Notes: generated by a model not told the origin, from the sequence alone. A stretch of DNA of 64,000 nt from Verrucomicrobiota bacterium (GCA_039815375.1 JBCBZJ010000008.1:48393-112392), one strand, 5' to 3'. Positions 41,718-52,517 are shown, counted from the first letter of the stretch. Program-made: numbers and translations.

Positions 41718-43006
41718 TACCTATGTCTGGGAAAACCCGATTGAACTTTTTTCATCTCGGCTTGATCGTCGCGGTGGTTTTCTGGATTTTGTTTCACTTC
41801 CTTTATCCGACGATGTGGAAGCAAACGATCGGTCCTATGTCTTTGGGAACAGAGGCTCCCGTATACCCCTTCCTGGACATGCACGGACGTCTTGCAGCGC
41901 ATGAAGCATGGTCTACCGGTTTTGATGTAATCTATAATCCGAATCCGCTTGATCCTTTGGGAAGGCAAAGTGTAAAGCCGAGCTGGGGACTCAAAATTTC
42001 CTCTCTGGGAATGTTCCGGGACCAACTTGCAGTCGCCTCCAGTATAGCGATTTTCGGGGCGCTCATTTGTATGTTATCGGTCTTGCGTGTCCGCAGTATT
42101 GGAGAAGGGATTTATGCCTTCTTGCTCATCGCGAGTCCTGCTCTGATGCTTAGCTTTGAGCGAGCGAATGATGATCTCGTATACTTCTCATTTTTAGGTC
42201 TTATCCCGCTTCTGCTTCGAGATTCGGAGAAACCCAAAGCTTATCTATTCTGGTTGTGTTGGTTTGTTATATTTATGTTAGCTCCAGCCAAGTATTATCC
42301 AGGAGCTGCTTTCGCCATTTTCCTGGTCTCCCCGCCAAAGCCTGGGCTATTTTGGCAGTTATTCTTCGCCGGCCTTATTTTTGTGGGTGTCGTTCTGGGT
42401 TTTTATTGGAACGAGATCAACTATCTGCGGAGTGCGGTTCCAAGTCCTAGTTTTTTCATGGTTAATGGTTTGCCAGTATGGTTACGCCATTTGGAATTAC
42501 CCGGATTCGTGCGTGTTATGGCCTCTGCGCTCATTGCTTTTATGGTATTGGCGGGCGTAAGCACAATGTGGAGACAGGTACTTTTTGAGAAAATAAGTAT
42601 CTCAAGTAAGAGATGCTACGTCCTTGGCCTATCGATCTACCTTTTTTGCTACCTGCTGAATTCGAACTACGACTATCGCTTTGTTTTCCTAATCTTTTTG
42701 ATACCAGCTCTGTTTGAACTTACACAGGCCATGAAAGATCGGCATCAGTGGAAGAGAATGCTATACACGCTTTTGATTTGTTTGTGTGTGCTCTTATGGG
42801 TTGATGTTCTTGGTTATCACTTTGTTAAGAACTGGGTATCAGAACCCTTACAAGTGCCTGTGGTGGAGCAGGTGACGTTATTTAAAAATTTGACGCTGTT
42901 TTTTCTGATTCTACCGCTCTCATGGATCTTCGGTTGCTTCATAGGGCCAGGTATTTTTTATGTCTTTGGTTTAGAGCGCTTCAGGGAGCTCCCGAGCAAG
43001 AACTAG
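41714..43006 (+). CDS. Polytopic membrane protein, GT87-like GT-C candidate
   Basis: FERANDDL, KYYP, NYDYR; many TMs. Confidence 0.55.
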   Translation: MIPMSGKTRLNFFHLGLIVAVVFWILFHFLYPTMWKQTIGPMSLGTEAPVYPFLDMHGRLAAHEAWSTGFDVIYNPNPLDPLGRQSVKPSWGLKISSLGMFRDQLAVASSIAIFGALICMLSVLRVRSIGEGIYAFLLIASPALMLSFERANDDLVYFSFLGLIPLLLRDSEKPKAYLFWLCWFVIFMLAPAKYYPGAAFAIFLVSPPKPGLFWQLFFAGLIFVGVVLGFYWNEINYLRSAVPSPSFFMVNGLPVWLRHLELPGFVRVMASALIAFMVLAGVSTMWRQVLFEKISISSKRCYVLGLSIYLFCYLLNSNYDYRFVFLIFLIPALFELTQAMKDRHQWKRMLYTLLICLCVLLWVDVLGYHFVKNWVSEPLQVPVVEQVTLFKNLTLFFLILPLSWIFGCFIGPGIFYVFGLERFRELPSKN

Positions 43007-44965
43007 AGAAAAATCATCGCTGCTCCGCGCGATGATGAATGGCTCCCACTTTTCAGAATAGTGGCCCATCACAAGTAGGTAGTCCATTTGAGATATGGAA
43101 AAGTATTCGATTGCTTTTTCGATTTCGATTTTCCCGATGTCGCGTATGCGGTCCATAGGAACCCAATAGAGATCAGGTCTTTCAAGATAGTAGCCGTAGT
43201 GCATGTTGTGGCCACCCGTATAGAGGGCGACTGTGCTATACTCAGGTATATCCAGTAATAGTGTTTCAGGATCTCCCTCGTGGAGCGTTTCCTTGGTGAG
43301 CAAGGTTCCCCATCTATAGTTCTCACTTTGTTCGGCGAGGACTCGAGTGAAAGGCCCTGCATGTGTGAGTGACTCTTTGCTTATTTTAATAATTGGATTC
43401 TGAAAATCGGTCAGTTTGATGGACAGCATCGCAAGCGATGCGATCGCAATAAGACTGCTGCTTACCCATTTGCGATTGAAAGTATCCAGCGTGACCGCCA
43501 TCGCGGGGGCCAAGCTCAAGAAAAACAAAGTAAAAAAACGGCTATTGTTGATCATCCACGATATCTCGATTGAGATGATCAATAGATAGACTACCGGAGG
43601 TAGTATCAGCACGGCTATCTGTTTTGGCGATCTCCAGAATGCTATCGGCAGGCAGATGAATAAAAGAATAGCGCTGATGGGCCCGAACCAAGCCATGTTT
43701 TCGTCAGGCACCCAAGTGATTGAAAACGGACCTCTTGATGAGCCGACCTGTTCAAAAATGGGTTCAAAATGCTGGTGATAGAATTTGTTTAGCTGTTTTG
43801 ATAGAAGAGGTGACCCTATGAGTTTACTTACGTAAACATCACTCAGGAAGTCTAATTGTAGTGTTTGAAACCCATAGCGAACCAGGTTTGCCACTGCACC
43901 TTTTGCACCATCATTTTGAGTGCTTCTCTCTGTGAAACTTTCAGGTCCTGTCCAGGATTCATAGTGCTGGCTGTTAGCTGCGAAAAGCCAGATATTGGAG
44001 AGGATGAAAACGATGACGAGAGACGACAGGACAAGGGCCCATTTTTGCCGCGCTTCGTCTAGAATCTTCCTCATTTGATCGATTTTCCATAACTTCAGTT
44101 TGATTATAGCCAGCAGTCCAAGTCCTGGGATGAAGGCGAGAAATGTTGTCTTGGCCGACAAGCCATAAGCAGCAAGAATCAGGAGACCCAAAAGAGCGTT
44201 CAGCTTCGTTTTCTGATCCATTTGGATAACCAGAAAAAGTGCAGACATGCCCGCTGCAGCCATCAATATGTCGTTTTTTGTGCTGACTGACTGTAGAAGT
44301 AAGCCTGTCATACTAAGAAGTGCAAATGCAGTGCAAGCTGCGACTTGTTGGTTGGAAAAATTGCGGGCGATTGCATAAACCAGTGCGCCGATTGCCAGAA
44401 AAGAACTCAGGCTGAAGATACTTGTGCAGCTTACCGTGCCGAAAACGACGAAAGGGTAGAAGAGTATATCGGCACCGACCGGAAAGATGACTTGATGGTA
44501 TCGATTAAAGTTCTCCAAAAAGAAGCTATTCTCCTGAATGAAAAGGAAGACACGGGGCAAGTGGTAAGTGAGTGTGTCAAAATTTCGAACAGGTAGTAAA
44601 AGAACCTGTGCAACGCTGTATAAGATGAGCAAAGATAACGGCACTACGATGTAAGGGTAACGCCTTGCCGCGGCTACGCCGGTGCGCCAGTCGTCTTTTA
44701 AGCTATTGGGTGTGAAGACGCAGGTGCGAATCACCCAGACGAGAAGAGCGATAAGCACGAACCAGTGCCATACTCCGATTCCAGTCAGGATACGGACTTG
44801 GAAGATGAATGACAGTAGGGCTTGCGTAAGCGGCACGCTCAGGCCGAATGCTGCCATTGGATTCAGATGTCCGCGCAGACTCAGATACACTGCGATGCAA
44901 ACCAGAGTGTAGTATAGGGCTATGCCCAAGCCAAAAAGTAGTTCCAATGAAAAGAGTGAATACAT
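42971..44965 (-). CDS. Polytopic GT-C glycosyltransferase candidate
   Basis: DTLTYHLPR, STKNDIL, AKTT; many TMs. Confidence 0.6.
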   Translation of the reverse strand: MYSLFSLELLFGLGIALYYTLVCIAVYLSLRGHLNPMAAFGLSVPLTQALLSFIFQVRILTGIGVWHWFVLIALLVWVIRTCVFTPNSLKDDWRTGVAAARRYPYIVVPLSLLILYSVAQVLLLPVRNFDTLTYHLPRVFLFIQENSFFLENFNRYHQVIFPVGADILFYPFVVFGTVSCTSIFSLSSFLAIGALVYAIARNFSNQQVAACTAFALLSMTGLLLQSVSTKNDILMAAAGMSALFLVIQMDQKTKLNALLGLLILAAYGLSAKTTFLAFIPGLGLLAIIKLKLWKIDQMRKILDEARQKWALVLSSLVIVFILSNIWLFAANSQHYESWTGPESFTERSTQNDGAKGAVANLVRYGFQTLQLDFLSDVYVSKLIGSPLLSKQLNKFYHQHFEPIFEQVGSSRGPFSITWVPDENMAWFGPISAILLFICLPIAFWRSPKQIAVLILPPVVYLLIISIEISWMINNSRFFTLFFLSLAPAMAVTLDTFNRKWVSSSLIAIASLAMLSIKLTDFQNPIIKISKESLTHAGPFTRVLAEQSENYRWGTLLTKETLHEGDPETLLLDIPEYSTVALYTGGHNMHYGYYLERPDLYWVPMDRIRDIGKIEIEKAIEYFSISQMDYLLVMGHYSEKWEPFIIARSSDDFSLVLARELPEAL

Positions 44966-44994
44966 CCTATCTGGGCATTCAGGACTTCGCTGAG

Positions 44995-45384
44995 TTAAGA
45001 CGTGGTGTCAGGTCGGCGTATGACTTTCCACCTATGAAGAACAATATAGCGGACGACCATGAAAAAGGCGAGTATAACAGCGGTGGATAGCCAACCTGAG
45101 GCGATCCCGGAATCGACAGCGAAACTGATAGCGAGCGTCGCAATTAGTGTAAGCGTAATGTTGCTAAAGGTGTATCGCCAGAAACTGGGAACGATCGTTT
45201 GTGCCCAGAGGTAGACGAAATACTTCAGGACAAATAGAAAGCTGATGATGCAAAGTGGCGTAATGAACGCATGCATTTCCATGAGGTCCAGCGCGACCCA
45301 ATTCAGTCCTACCGCAAAAAAGTAGAAGAGAACACCCACGGATACAAAGGCACCGAAGTTTTTGAAGTAGTATGGAATACTCAC
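44995..45384 (-). CDS. GtrA-like four-TM protein (possible polyprenyl-P-sugar flippase)
   Basis: 129 aa, four hydrophobic helices, F.SVG start and RY..L.RW end; context. Confidence 0.55.
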   Translation of the reverse strand: MSIPYYFKNFGAFVSVGVLFYFFAVGLNWVALDLMEMHAFITPLCIISFLFVLKYFVYLWAQTIVPSFWRYTFSNITLTLIATLAISFAVDSGIASGWLSTAVILAFFMVVRYIVLHRWKVIRRPDTTS

Positions 45385-45390
45385 ACGGGA

Positions 45391-45993
45391 CTATTTCCGA
45401 AGGATAACGACGAAAGTCGGTGTTAGCAGGCTGAGTAAGCTGCTAATTCTGAACCTCAGGAGGAAGTAGGGGAAGAAGCCGTAGATTTTCGCCTCAGGAA
45501 AGATTTTTCTTATATCACGTTCCCTAAAAAATTGAAGGTGTGTCGGGTTTTGTAGTTCTTTACGCGTCTTTCCAAAGAGCCCGGCCACGGTATAGAACCA
45601 GAAGTAACTGTTTGGTGTGGTTAGCAGGAGCTGACCGCCGTGTTTCAGCATCCGAAAAGCTTCGTCTCGAAAATGCTTCGGGTCTTCCAGATGCTCGATG
45701 ACTTCACTGCACCAGATGAGATCGTAGGATTCGTCGGGGTAAGGTAGATCCTCATTCGCATCGATCACTTGCGCCTCATCATAGACTTTCTCGACGTCGA
45801 TCGACGTTACAGTGTAGCCTTCAGATTTGAGCCACTCGGATTGAATTCCTTCCCGGCATCCCACATCGAGAGCGGTTTTTCCATTTCCAGACTCAACGTG
45901 CTCCAAAGCAATGAGTTTTCCTTTGGTTGTGCCGCGCAGGTTGCCTTGGCCGAGGTCTATAGGAAGGCTCTTTAGAAAAGAAGTAAAACTCAT
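45391..45993 (-). CDS. Class I SAM-dependent methyltransferase (ATG 45993 preferred)
   Basis: LDVGCREG, SEVIEH, LLTTPN. Confidence 0.9.
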   Translation of the reverse strand: MSFTSFLKSLPIDLGQGNLRGTTKGKLIALEHVESGNGKTALDVGCREGIQSEWLKSEGYTVTSIDVEKVYDEAQVIDANEDLPYPDESYDLIWCSEVIEHLEDPKHFRDEAFRMLKHGGQLLLTTPNSYFWFYTVAGLFGKTRKELQNPTHLQFFRERDIRKIFPEAKIYGFFPYFLLRFRISSLLSLLTPTFVVILRK

Positions 45994-46021
45994 CGTCTGA
46001 TTAGTTGTGGATAGCCGAATT

Positions 46022-47002
46022 TTAGGAAGGCCGTTTGTATCTAACAATATGGTGATCCAGTTTGGCTGAAATTTGCATGATCAGCTCACCGAGTATACCG
46101 ATCATCACCATGTTGAGGCCCAAGACCGAAAGTAACACGGCAACCAGAAAAAGAGGTCGATCTGCGAGCGCTTCTCCCATGAAGAGCTTTAGGTAAACGA
46201 GGTAAGCGGTTGTTGCGATCCCGATAGCGCCAATCAACAACCCTGTGAAGCCGAGCAACCGACCGGGCAACATGAGGTAAGGCTTGCGATGGGAGTGAAC
46301 CGTAAAAGCGACGGATGCCAGATCCAAAAAAACGCTCAAGCTCTTCAGCTTTCCTTTATAGGAGGAAACACCAGCCTTTCGTTCGGCAAAAGGCACCTCG
46401 AACTCGGTGATCCGGGACGTATGGATCGAAGCAAGATCTGGTAGAAAACGATGCCATTCGCCATAGAGCCGGAACGATTTAGCAATTTCACGCTTCATGC
46501 CCTTGAGGCCACTCCCGCGATCACAAATTTTGAGGTCGTTAAGTCGATTGAGTAGTCCATTTGCCAGTCTGCTCTTTAGTGCATGCGAGGCACCCCAGCG
46601 GTCTTTTCTTGATGTATTGACAAAGTCATAGCCGCTGTCGAGTTCTTCGATCACTTTAAGTATTTCCTCTGCTGGTATCTCTAGATCGCCGGAGAATAAA
46701 ATGACATGTGTTCCTCTGGCGGCATCGATACCGGCCTGATAGGCTCTGGTTTGACCATAGTTGCGAATTAAATCTATCGGAACCACCCGATCGTCATCGC
46801 GTGCCTTGGTTTTTATCCGTTCCAAAGTCCCGTCTTTGCTGCCGTCGTTAACTGGAAGCAACTCAAAGGCTTCGCCTTTTGATTCCAGCACCCCCACGAT
46901 CTCCTCAAGTGAGTCCGAAATGTTATCCTCTTCATTCAAGCAGGGAATGATAACAGAGACTAGTCTTTGATCGGGGGATCTATCTGCATCCGGTTTAAGC
47001 AT
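46022..47002 (-). CDS. GT2 polyprenyl-phosphate glycosyltransferase (ArnC/GtrB-like)
   Basis: IPCLNEE, NDGSKD, RNYGQ, HRFLP, two C-terminal TMs. Confidence 0.9.
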   Translation of the reverse strand: MLKPDADRSPDQRLVSVIIPCLNEEDNISDSLEEIVGVLESKGEAFELLPVNDGSKDGTLERIKTKARDDDRVVPIDLIRNYGQTRAYQAGIDAARGTHVILFSGDLEIPAEEILKVIEELDSGYDFVNTSRKDRWGASHALKSRLANGLLNRLNDLKICDRGSGLKGMKREIAKSFRLYGEWHRFLPDLASIHTSRITEFEVPFAERKAGVSSYKGKLKSLSVFLDLASVAFTVHSHRKPYLMLPGRLLGFTGLLIGAIGIATTAYLVYLKLFMGEALADRPLFLVAVLLSVLGLNMVMIGILGELIMQISAKLDHHIVRYKRPS

Positions 47003-47031
47003 ACTATCTGCGGATTTTCTTGAGCGGGGAT

Positions 47032-47745
47032 TCAGGTGGGCTTTCTTGCGATACAGATCAGACTCTGGCCCTTAAAGGCGTTTAAGCGGATTAAGTCCAT
47101 GATTTTGGAAAAATGTATCAGCACTCGATCAAAGAATGCGACATTTTTGGCATCGATTGTTTTTCGCTTGAATACTTTAAAATTCAAGAGCCATAGCCAA
47201 TAACCAAGGAAATTGAAGTAATAGAGTTCAGTGATTTGGAGGCCGGCAGATTCAATTTTATCGGTCATACTCCTTTTCGTGTAGCGCCTGTAGTGTCCCA
47301 TGAGATTATCGATGGATGCATAAATCTCGGGATGTGCGGGAACCAGTAGACATACGCGGCCCCCTGGCTTCAAGAGAGCGTGCCAATTTTTTAGTTCTGC
47401 AATATCGTCTTCTATATGCTCAAGAACATTTACGCTGGCGATCGCATCGAAAGATCGATGGCCAACCAGTTCACTTGAGTAGGCGTTCAAGTGCTCGGCA
47501 TTCGGAGCGGAAATCTTCAGTTCGTCGTGAAACTGAATTTCGGGTTCTAACGCGGTGACGGCTGCACCTTCGGCGTATTGCTGGATTATCTGTGTAAACT
47601 GACCAATGCCGCTCCCAACCTCTAGAACATTTGAGGCCCCTTCAAAAGAAGCTTTGAATCTCTGACCGATCCAATTGCGGTAATTAGCGGCTTTCTTTAA
47701 TGATTCAAACTCGAACTCGGCCAGCGTATTAAAGCTTTTATTCAT
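47032..47745 (-). CDS. Class I SAM-dependent methyltransferase
   Basis: LEVGSGIG, NVLEHIEDD, GHYRRY. Confidence 0.9.
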   Translation of the reverse strand: MNKSFNTLAEFEFESLKKAANYRNWIGQRFKASFEGASNVLEVGSGIGQFTQIIQQYAEGAAVTALEPEIQFHDELKISAPNAEHLNAYSSELVGHRSFDAIASVNVLEHIEDDIAELKNWHALLKPGGRVCLLVPAHPEIYASIDNLMGHYRRYTKRSMTDKIESAGLQITELYYFNFLGYWLWLLNFKVFKRKTIDAKNVAFFDRVLIHFSKIMDLIRLNAFKGQSLICIARKPT

Positions 47746-47875
47746 ACATGGGTATTTTATCTTTGCTGTCTATCTTACAGGTTTTGTTTTTACGAGCCTT
47801 AGAAACAAGACAACATTAGACCTCTATCGGATTTAATTATTGCACGAAGCTGTCGTCGATATTGCATTAAAATTC

Positions 47876-48568
47876 ATGTCAGTCTCCATTGTTATACCGA
47901 TTTACAACGAGGTTGATACGCTTCACGAACTGGTGGCACGAGTCCTTGCAGTTGAGGGGCTAAATCCCAAGGAAATTATTCTGGTTGATGACTGTTCTAC
48001 AGATGGAACTCGTTCGTTAATGGATACTAAGTTCAACGAACCGATCTTCAAGAAGTGTTACCATCAGGTAAACCGTGGCAAAGGTGCTGCGCTGCGAACA
48101 GGTTTTGCCCAAGCAAGCGGAGAGATTATAGCGATACAAGATGCAGACTTAGAATACGATCCTGCTGAGTTGCCGGGATTGATTAAACCGATCTTGGACG
48201 GCCGCGCCGATGTGGTTTTTGGTTCACGGTTTGCCGGTAAAGGGCCGCGCCGGGTGGTTTTTTTCTGGCACATGCTTGGAAATCGTTTTCTCACGACATT
48301 AAGTAACATGACGACGAATCTAAATCTTACGGATATGGAGTGTTGCTACAAGCTCTTCAAAAGTGAGATATTAAAGCAAATATCCATCGAAGAAGATCGC
48401 TTTGGAGTGGAGCCCGAGCTGACCGCCAAGGTCGCAAAGCAGGACGCTCGTATCTACGAAGTAGGTATTTCTTATTTTGGCAGGACCTATGAAGAGGGTA
48501 AGAAGATTGGATGGAAAGATGGTGTGCGTGCAATTTACGCTATTTGTAAATACGGCATTTTCCGGTAG
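47876..48568 (+). CDS. GT2 DPM1-like glycosyltransferase (ATG 47876 preferred)
   Basis: IPIYNE, DDCSTDGT, NRGKGAA, QDADLEYDP, EGKKIGWKDG. Confidence 0.93.
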   Translation: MSVSIVIPIYNEVDTLHELVARVLAVEGLNPKEIILVDDCSTDGTRSLMDTKFNEPIFKKCYHQVNRGKGAALRTGFAQASGEIIAIQDADLEYDPAELPGLIKPILDGRADVVFGSRFAGKGPRRVVFFWHMLGNRFLTTLSNMTTNLNLTDMECCYKLFKSEILKQISIEEDRFGVEPELTAKVAKQDARIYEVGISYFGRTYEEGKKIGWKDGVRAIYAICKYGIFR

Positions 48569-48578
48569 AAGGCCACAC

Positions 48579-49976
48579 TTAGTAGATTGATTGATAGATG
48601 CCTGCGCTGCATATTGCGAGCAGGAGGATTCTTATGATTTGTGGTCTTCTTCCCTCCTCGCTCTCCATCAATGACAGGGAAGGAACCAGCCAATAGACCA
48701 GACTCCAGGAAATGTATTCCCATTTCACGATTCCGAATATGCCGGGATCGTAGGCTTGAGCATAACTTGCTGTAATAAGCATGAAAATCGGCGCTACCGA
48801 TAATCCGAGCCACAATAGTTGAGGATAGCGCAGATGCACATTCTGAATCAAAGAAACTGTTAAATTCCTCTTTTCGATGGTAATTCTGGATTCCGATTCA
48901 TTTTCTGTAATCTGTTTTTTGTTTGGAAGAAAGCCAACTGCACAGACTGCAAAAAAGACTGTTCCGACCAATAGCCCAAATCTTGCGCGCTGCACTGCAA
49001 ATGCATAACCTTCATGGTCTCTGGGTAGCCTTCGAATTGGATAATTGTATCTATATTCCCAATAATCGCCGTAGAGGTCGAGCCATAGAACATTTCCGAA
49101 CGAATCACTCTGGTCGTTTCTGATCGGTTTTTTCCAAGCGTCGACAGGATTAACCCGCGTGAAAAGATCTGGTGTTGGTTTGTGGAAATAGTCTTCAGTT
49201 TGGTGGGTCACTGCATTGTGCCGAAAGAATGGGACTCCAGTGAATTGATAGTGACCGAACCAAAGTGTGCAGCTTAGTAGCGCAGTGGTGAAAAGAATAG
49301 AAATGGCAGGTATGAACTGCTTGGCCGGATCCGATTGAAAGAGAAGCACGGCTAAACAGGTCGGCAATAAAACGATCGCGGTAATCTTCTGAGAGATTGC
49401 AATAGCGAGAAGTAGCGAAAGTAGAAGGGCTAGCTGCTTAGGCCTGTATTTGTTATGCTTTATCAGGAGTGCGAGGTAGAGACACCATGAGCTTAGTGAG
49501 AGGATAAGATTCTCACATCGAACGTAACGAAACTGACTTTGAAAGACTGGCATTGCAGCAATGATTGCGAGGAAAAACAGCGTCGTGCGCTTTTCCCTAA
49601 AGAGGAGTCCACCAGACTTGTAGGCTCCCAACATGAACGTAGTGAAGCAGAGCGTATTCACGAAGATTGCACTCATTTGAACCACGTTTTCGTCGCTAGT
49701 CAGGCCTATTGCTGAAACCCAGTGAATGACAGTTGTAATCAGGGCATAATAGTAGATGCCTACATAACTAATGTATTCACCGTTCTTATACAAATTGCCA
49801 ATTAAACTAAATTGATAGCCGTTGTCCTGTTGCTGGTCCAGAGGGTAGGACCATGCGCCAACGAGAAGGATGAGCATACCGATCAAAATGACACCAATCG
49901 CGATCACGCTATAGCTATCCTGAAAGATGGGAAATGGCTTCTTTGATGGAACGCGTGCCGGTATTTTCATATCCAT
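48579..49976 (-). CDS. Polytopic membrane protein, possible GT-C
   Basis: Multiple TMs with hydrophilic loops; context only. Confidence 0.45.
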   Translation of the reverse strand: MDMKIPARVPSKKPFPIFQDSYSVIAIGVILIGMLILLVGAWSYPLDQQQDNGYQFSLIGNLYKNGEYISYVGIYYYALITTVIHWVSAIGLTSDENVVQMSAIFVNTLCFTTFMLGAYKSGGLLFREKRTTLFFLAIIAAMPVFQSQFRYVRCENLILSLSSWCLYLALLIKHNKYRPKQLALLLSLLLAIAISQKITAIVLLPTCLAVLLFQSDPAKQFIPAISILFTTALLSCTLWFGHYQFTGVPFFRHNAVTHQTEDYFHKPTPDLFTRVNPVDAWKKPIRNDQSDSFGNVLWLDLYGDYWEYRYNYPIRRLPRDHEGYAFAVQRARFGLLVGTVFFAVCAVGFLPNKKQITENESESRITIEKRNLTVSLIQNVHLRYPQLLWLGLSVAPIFMLITASYAQAYDPGIFGIVKWEYISWSLVYWLVPSLSLMESEEGRRPQIIRILLLAICSAGIYQSIY

Positions 49977-49990
49977 TTTCCTTATCGAGA

Positions 49991-50872
49991 CTAACTGAAG
50001 CGGGGCATTCTGCCGGAATTGTTGACAACGACAACATTGATACTGGCTCCTTCAGGAATCACTCGGGCCAGCTCCTCTGCCTGATCCGGCAATACCTTGC
50101 CATCGAAAGTATAGAATCGGTAGTCGAGCTCCGTTAGAAAGCGATGTATCTGCGGGAAACCGCTCTCGCTATTCGCCTCTCTGTAATCCGGTGCAATTTC
50201 CATAATGATAATTGGCCTGAAGCGATCGATAGTCTTCCTGCCTCCGGAAAGCACATTCCATTCATTACCGTCCACATCTATTTTGATTAAATCAAGGCGT
50301 GATATCCCGAGGTCTGCGCTCAGTTGATCCAGGCTGATTTTTTGAGCTTCGCCAATGGTTTTCAAGACACCTTGATGAGACTGGTGACGTTTCTCTTGCG
50401 ATTGGAAGGGCCAGCTGGAGTGAATCTCTTGCGAAAATATCTCCGGGCTGGTTGTGTCCGGAATAAGCATACAGTGATGTGCTTTGATATGGTCGACGAT
50501 CTCTGGATTGAGACCGATATTTCGGATCAACTTGTTGTAGGCATAATCCGTTGCTTCAATTGCGTGGGCCTTGCCACTCGAGCCAACGCTTTTCCCCATA
50601 GTCAGTGTGTGCGCACCAATATTGGCTCCAATATCGAGAGCGATCATTCCATCCTCAAGGTTTCTGCGAATGAAATCGCTTAGGTAATTTTCAAAGCCGC
50701 CGACAAGGTAGATCATGAAGTCTACGACTTCGCCGAGGTCTAGCTCCCAGATGTAACCACTGCGTTTGAATTTTCCTTTGTTCGGCTGACCGAGAATTTT
50801 CCGGATCCAGTGGATTGGATGATAAGCAAGCGAGGCTAGAAAAATCTTCTTCTTCGTTTGGATTATCATCAT
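49991..50872 (-). CDS. FkbM-family methyltransferase
   Basis: DIGANIGAHT, IKIDVDGNE. Confidence 0.9.
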   Translation of the reverse strand: MMIIQTKKKIFLASLAYHPIHWIRKILGQPNKGKFKRSGYIWELDLGEVVDFMIYLVGGFENYLSDFIRRNLEDGMIALDIGANIGAHTLTMGKSVGSSGKAHAIEATDYAYNKLIRNIGLNPEIVDHIKAHHCMLIPDTTSPEIFSQEIHSSWPFQSQEKRHQSHQGVLKTIGEAQKISLDQLSADLGISRLDLIKIDVDGNEWNVLSGGRKTIDRFRPIIIMEIAPDYREANSESGFPQIHRFLTELDYRFYTFDGKVLPDQAEELARVIPEGASINVVVVNNSGRMPRFS

Positions 50873-51086
50873 CTACCAAAGTTCTTAGCCTCCTCAGGGG
50901 CTGAGGCTTATCAACGGGATTGTTTTTCTTTTCGTGCGATCTTGCGACGCCTGCATGTCACTGAACTTTTGATTAATGGAGTGCAAGCAGAGTTTTCGGA
51001 CTTAGGCCTTGCCTAGAGTTAAGCGCAGGGCAGGGTGTCGATAGTTTGAGAAGATTCACAATGACGGTATCACGCAGGGCTGATTA

Positions 51087-52517
51087 ATGAGCTTAAAGGA
51101 GCACTTCGACTGGGTTGCTGAAAACGATACTGGGCCCCGCAACTTTCAAAGCGGTTTCCGCGCCCAAACGCGGGAGTTTCTTCGCTTCCATGTGCCAGAA
51201 GGGTTACGCGTCCTTGAATGGGGGTGCCGATGTGGTGACCTATTAGCGGCGATGAAACCATCACGTGGGCTAGGCATCGACTTAAGCCCAAAAATGATCG
51301 AGCGCGCGAAGGCGGCTTATCCAGATGAAGCTCTCGAATTCCGCCAAGGTGATCTGCATGAAGTTGCGATTGAAGAGAAGTTCGATGTAATCATCCTTGA
51401 TTACCTTCCGGGCTATCTGCACGACATCCATCAGTGTTTGGCGAACCTCAAGCCAGCATGTCATGCAAGAACTCGCATCTACTTGTTGACCTTGAATCAC
51501 ACTTGGAAGCCTCTGCTGGACTTTGGTAAGCTCCTGGGGCTTGTGACCAAGCAGCCGGACGACTGCAATTGGATCAGCCGCAATGATCTGTGCAACATAC
51601 TCGAGCTGAATGCCTACGAGATTGTCAAAAAGTCCACCGAGCAAATCCTGCCTTTTCGAGTCCCCCTGCTAAGTTCCTTTTTTAACAACTTCCTGAGTAG
51701 GCTCCCGTTTTTCCGCCATTTTGGTATGACCGACGTGGTAATCGCAAGGCCAGTGGCAAAGCCAGAACTTTTCGGTGAGATATCGTGCTCGGTAGTTGTC
51801 CCTGCGCGCAATGAATCTGGTAACATTCGCGCTGCGCTGGATCGCATCCCTGTTCTGGGCAAGCAAACCGAGGTCATTTTTGTCGAAGGCAACAGTGCTG
51901 ATGATACCTGGGAGGTCATTCAACGGGAAGTCGCTGCCTATGAGGGCCCACATAAGCTAAAATGGCTTCAGCAGCCCGGGAAGGGTAAATGGGATGCTGT
52001 GTTCGCTGGATTTGATGTGGCCGAGGGCGATGTGCTTGTAATTCAGGATGGTGATCTTACGGCGCCACCGGAGGACTTGCCTAAGTTCTACGATGCCATT
52101 GCCGAAGGACATTGTGAATTCGCCAATGGCTGTCGCTTGGTTTACCCCATGGAATCGGAGGCCATGCGTTTCCTGAATCTACTGGGTAACAAGTTCTTTG
52201 CGATGGCGCTCAGCTTCGTGCTCGATCAGAGCCTAAAAGACAGTCTTTGCGGCACAAAGATGCTGCTGCGGAGCGATTATGAACGGCTCCTCAAGCGCAT
52301 TGAAGTCTTGGGTGATTTTGACCCGTTTGGTGACTTCAACTTGATTTTTGGCAGTTCCATGCTGGATCTGAGAATCCGAGATGTGCTTGTGCGCTATCGT
52401 GATCGACAATATGGCGATACCAATATCTCTCGCTTCCGGCACGGCTTTATTCTTCTGCGGATGACTTGGTTTGGTCTGCGGAAGATCAAGTTCTTTCCAG
52501 TTACCAAAGGCTCCTAA
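51087..52517 (+). CDS. Methyltransferase-GT2 glycosyltransferase fusion
   Basis: N-terminal LEWGCRCG; C-terminal VPARNESG, QDGDL, DSLCGTK, DPFGDF. Confidence 0.88.
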   Translation: MSLKEHFDWVAENDTGPRNFQSGFRAQTREFLRFHVPEGLRVLEWGCRCGDLLAAMKPSRGLGIDLSPKMIERAKAAYPDEALEFRQGDLHEVAIEEKFDVIILDYLPGYLHDIHQCLANLKPACHARTRIYLLTLNHTWKPLLDFGKLLGLVTKQPDDCNWISRNDLCNILELNAYEIVKKSTEQILPFRVPLLSSFFNNFLSRLPFFRHFGMTDVVIARPVAKPELFGEISCSVVVPARNESGNIRAALDRIPVLGKQTEVIFVEGNSADDTWEVIQREVAAYEGPHKLKWLQQPGKGKWDAVFAGFDVAEGDVLVIQDGDLTAPPEDLPKFYDAIAEGHCEFANGCRLVYPMESEAMRFLNLLGNKFFAMALSFVLDQSLKDSLCGTKMLLRSDYERLLKRIEVLGDFDPFGDFNLIFGSSMLDLRIRDVLVRYRDRQYGDTNISRFRHGFILLRMTWFGLRKIKFFPVTKGS

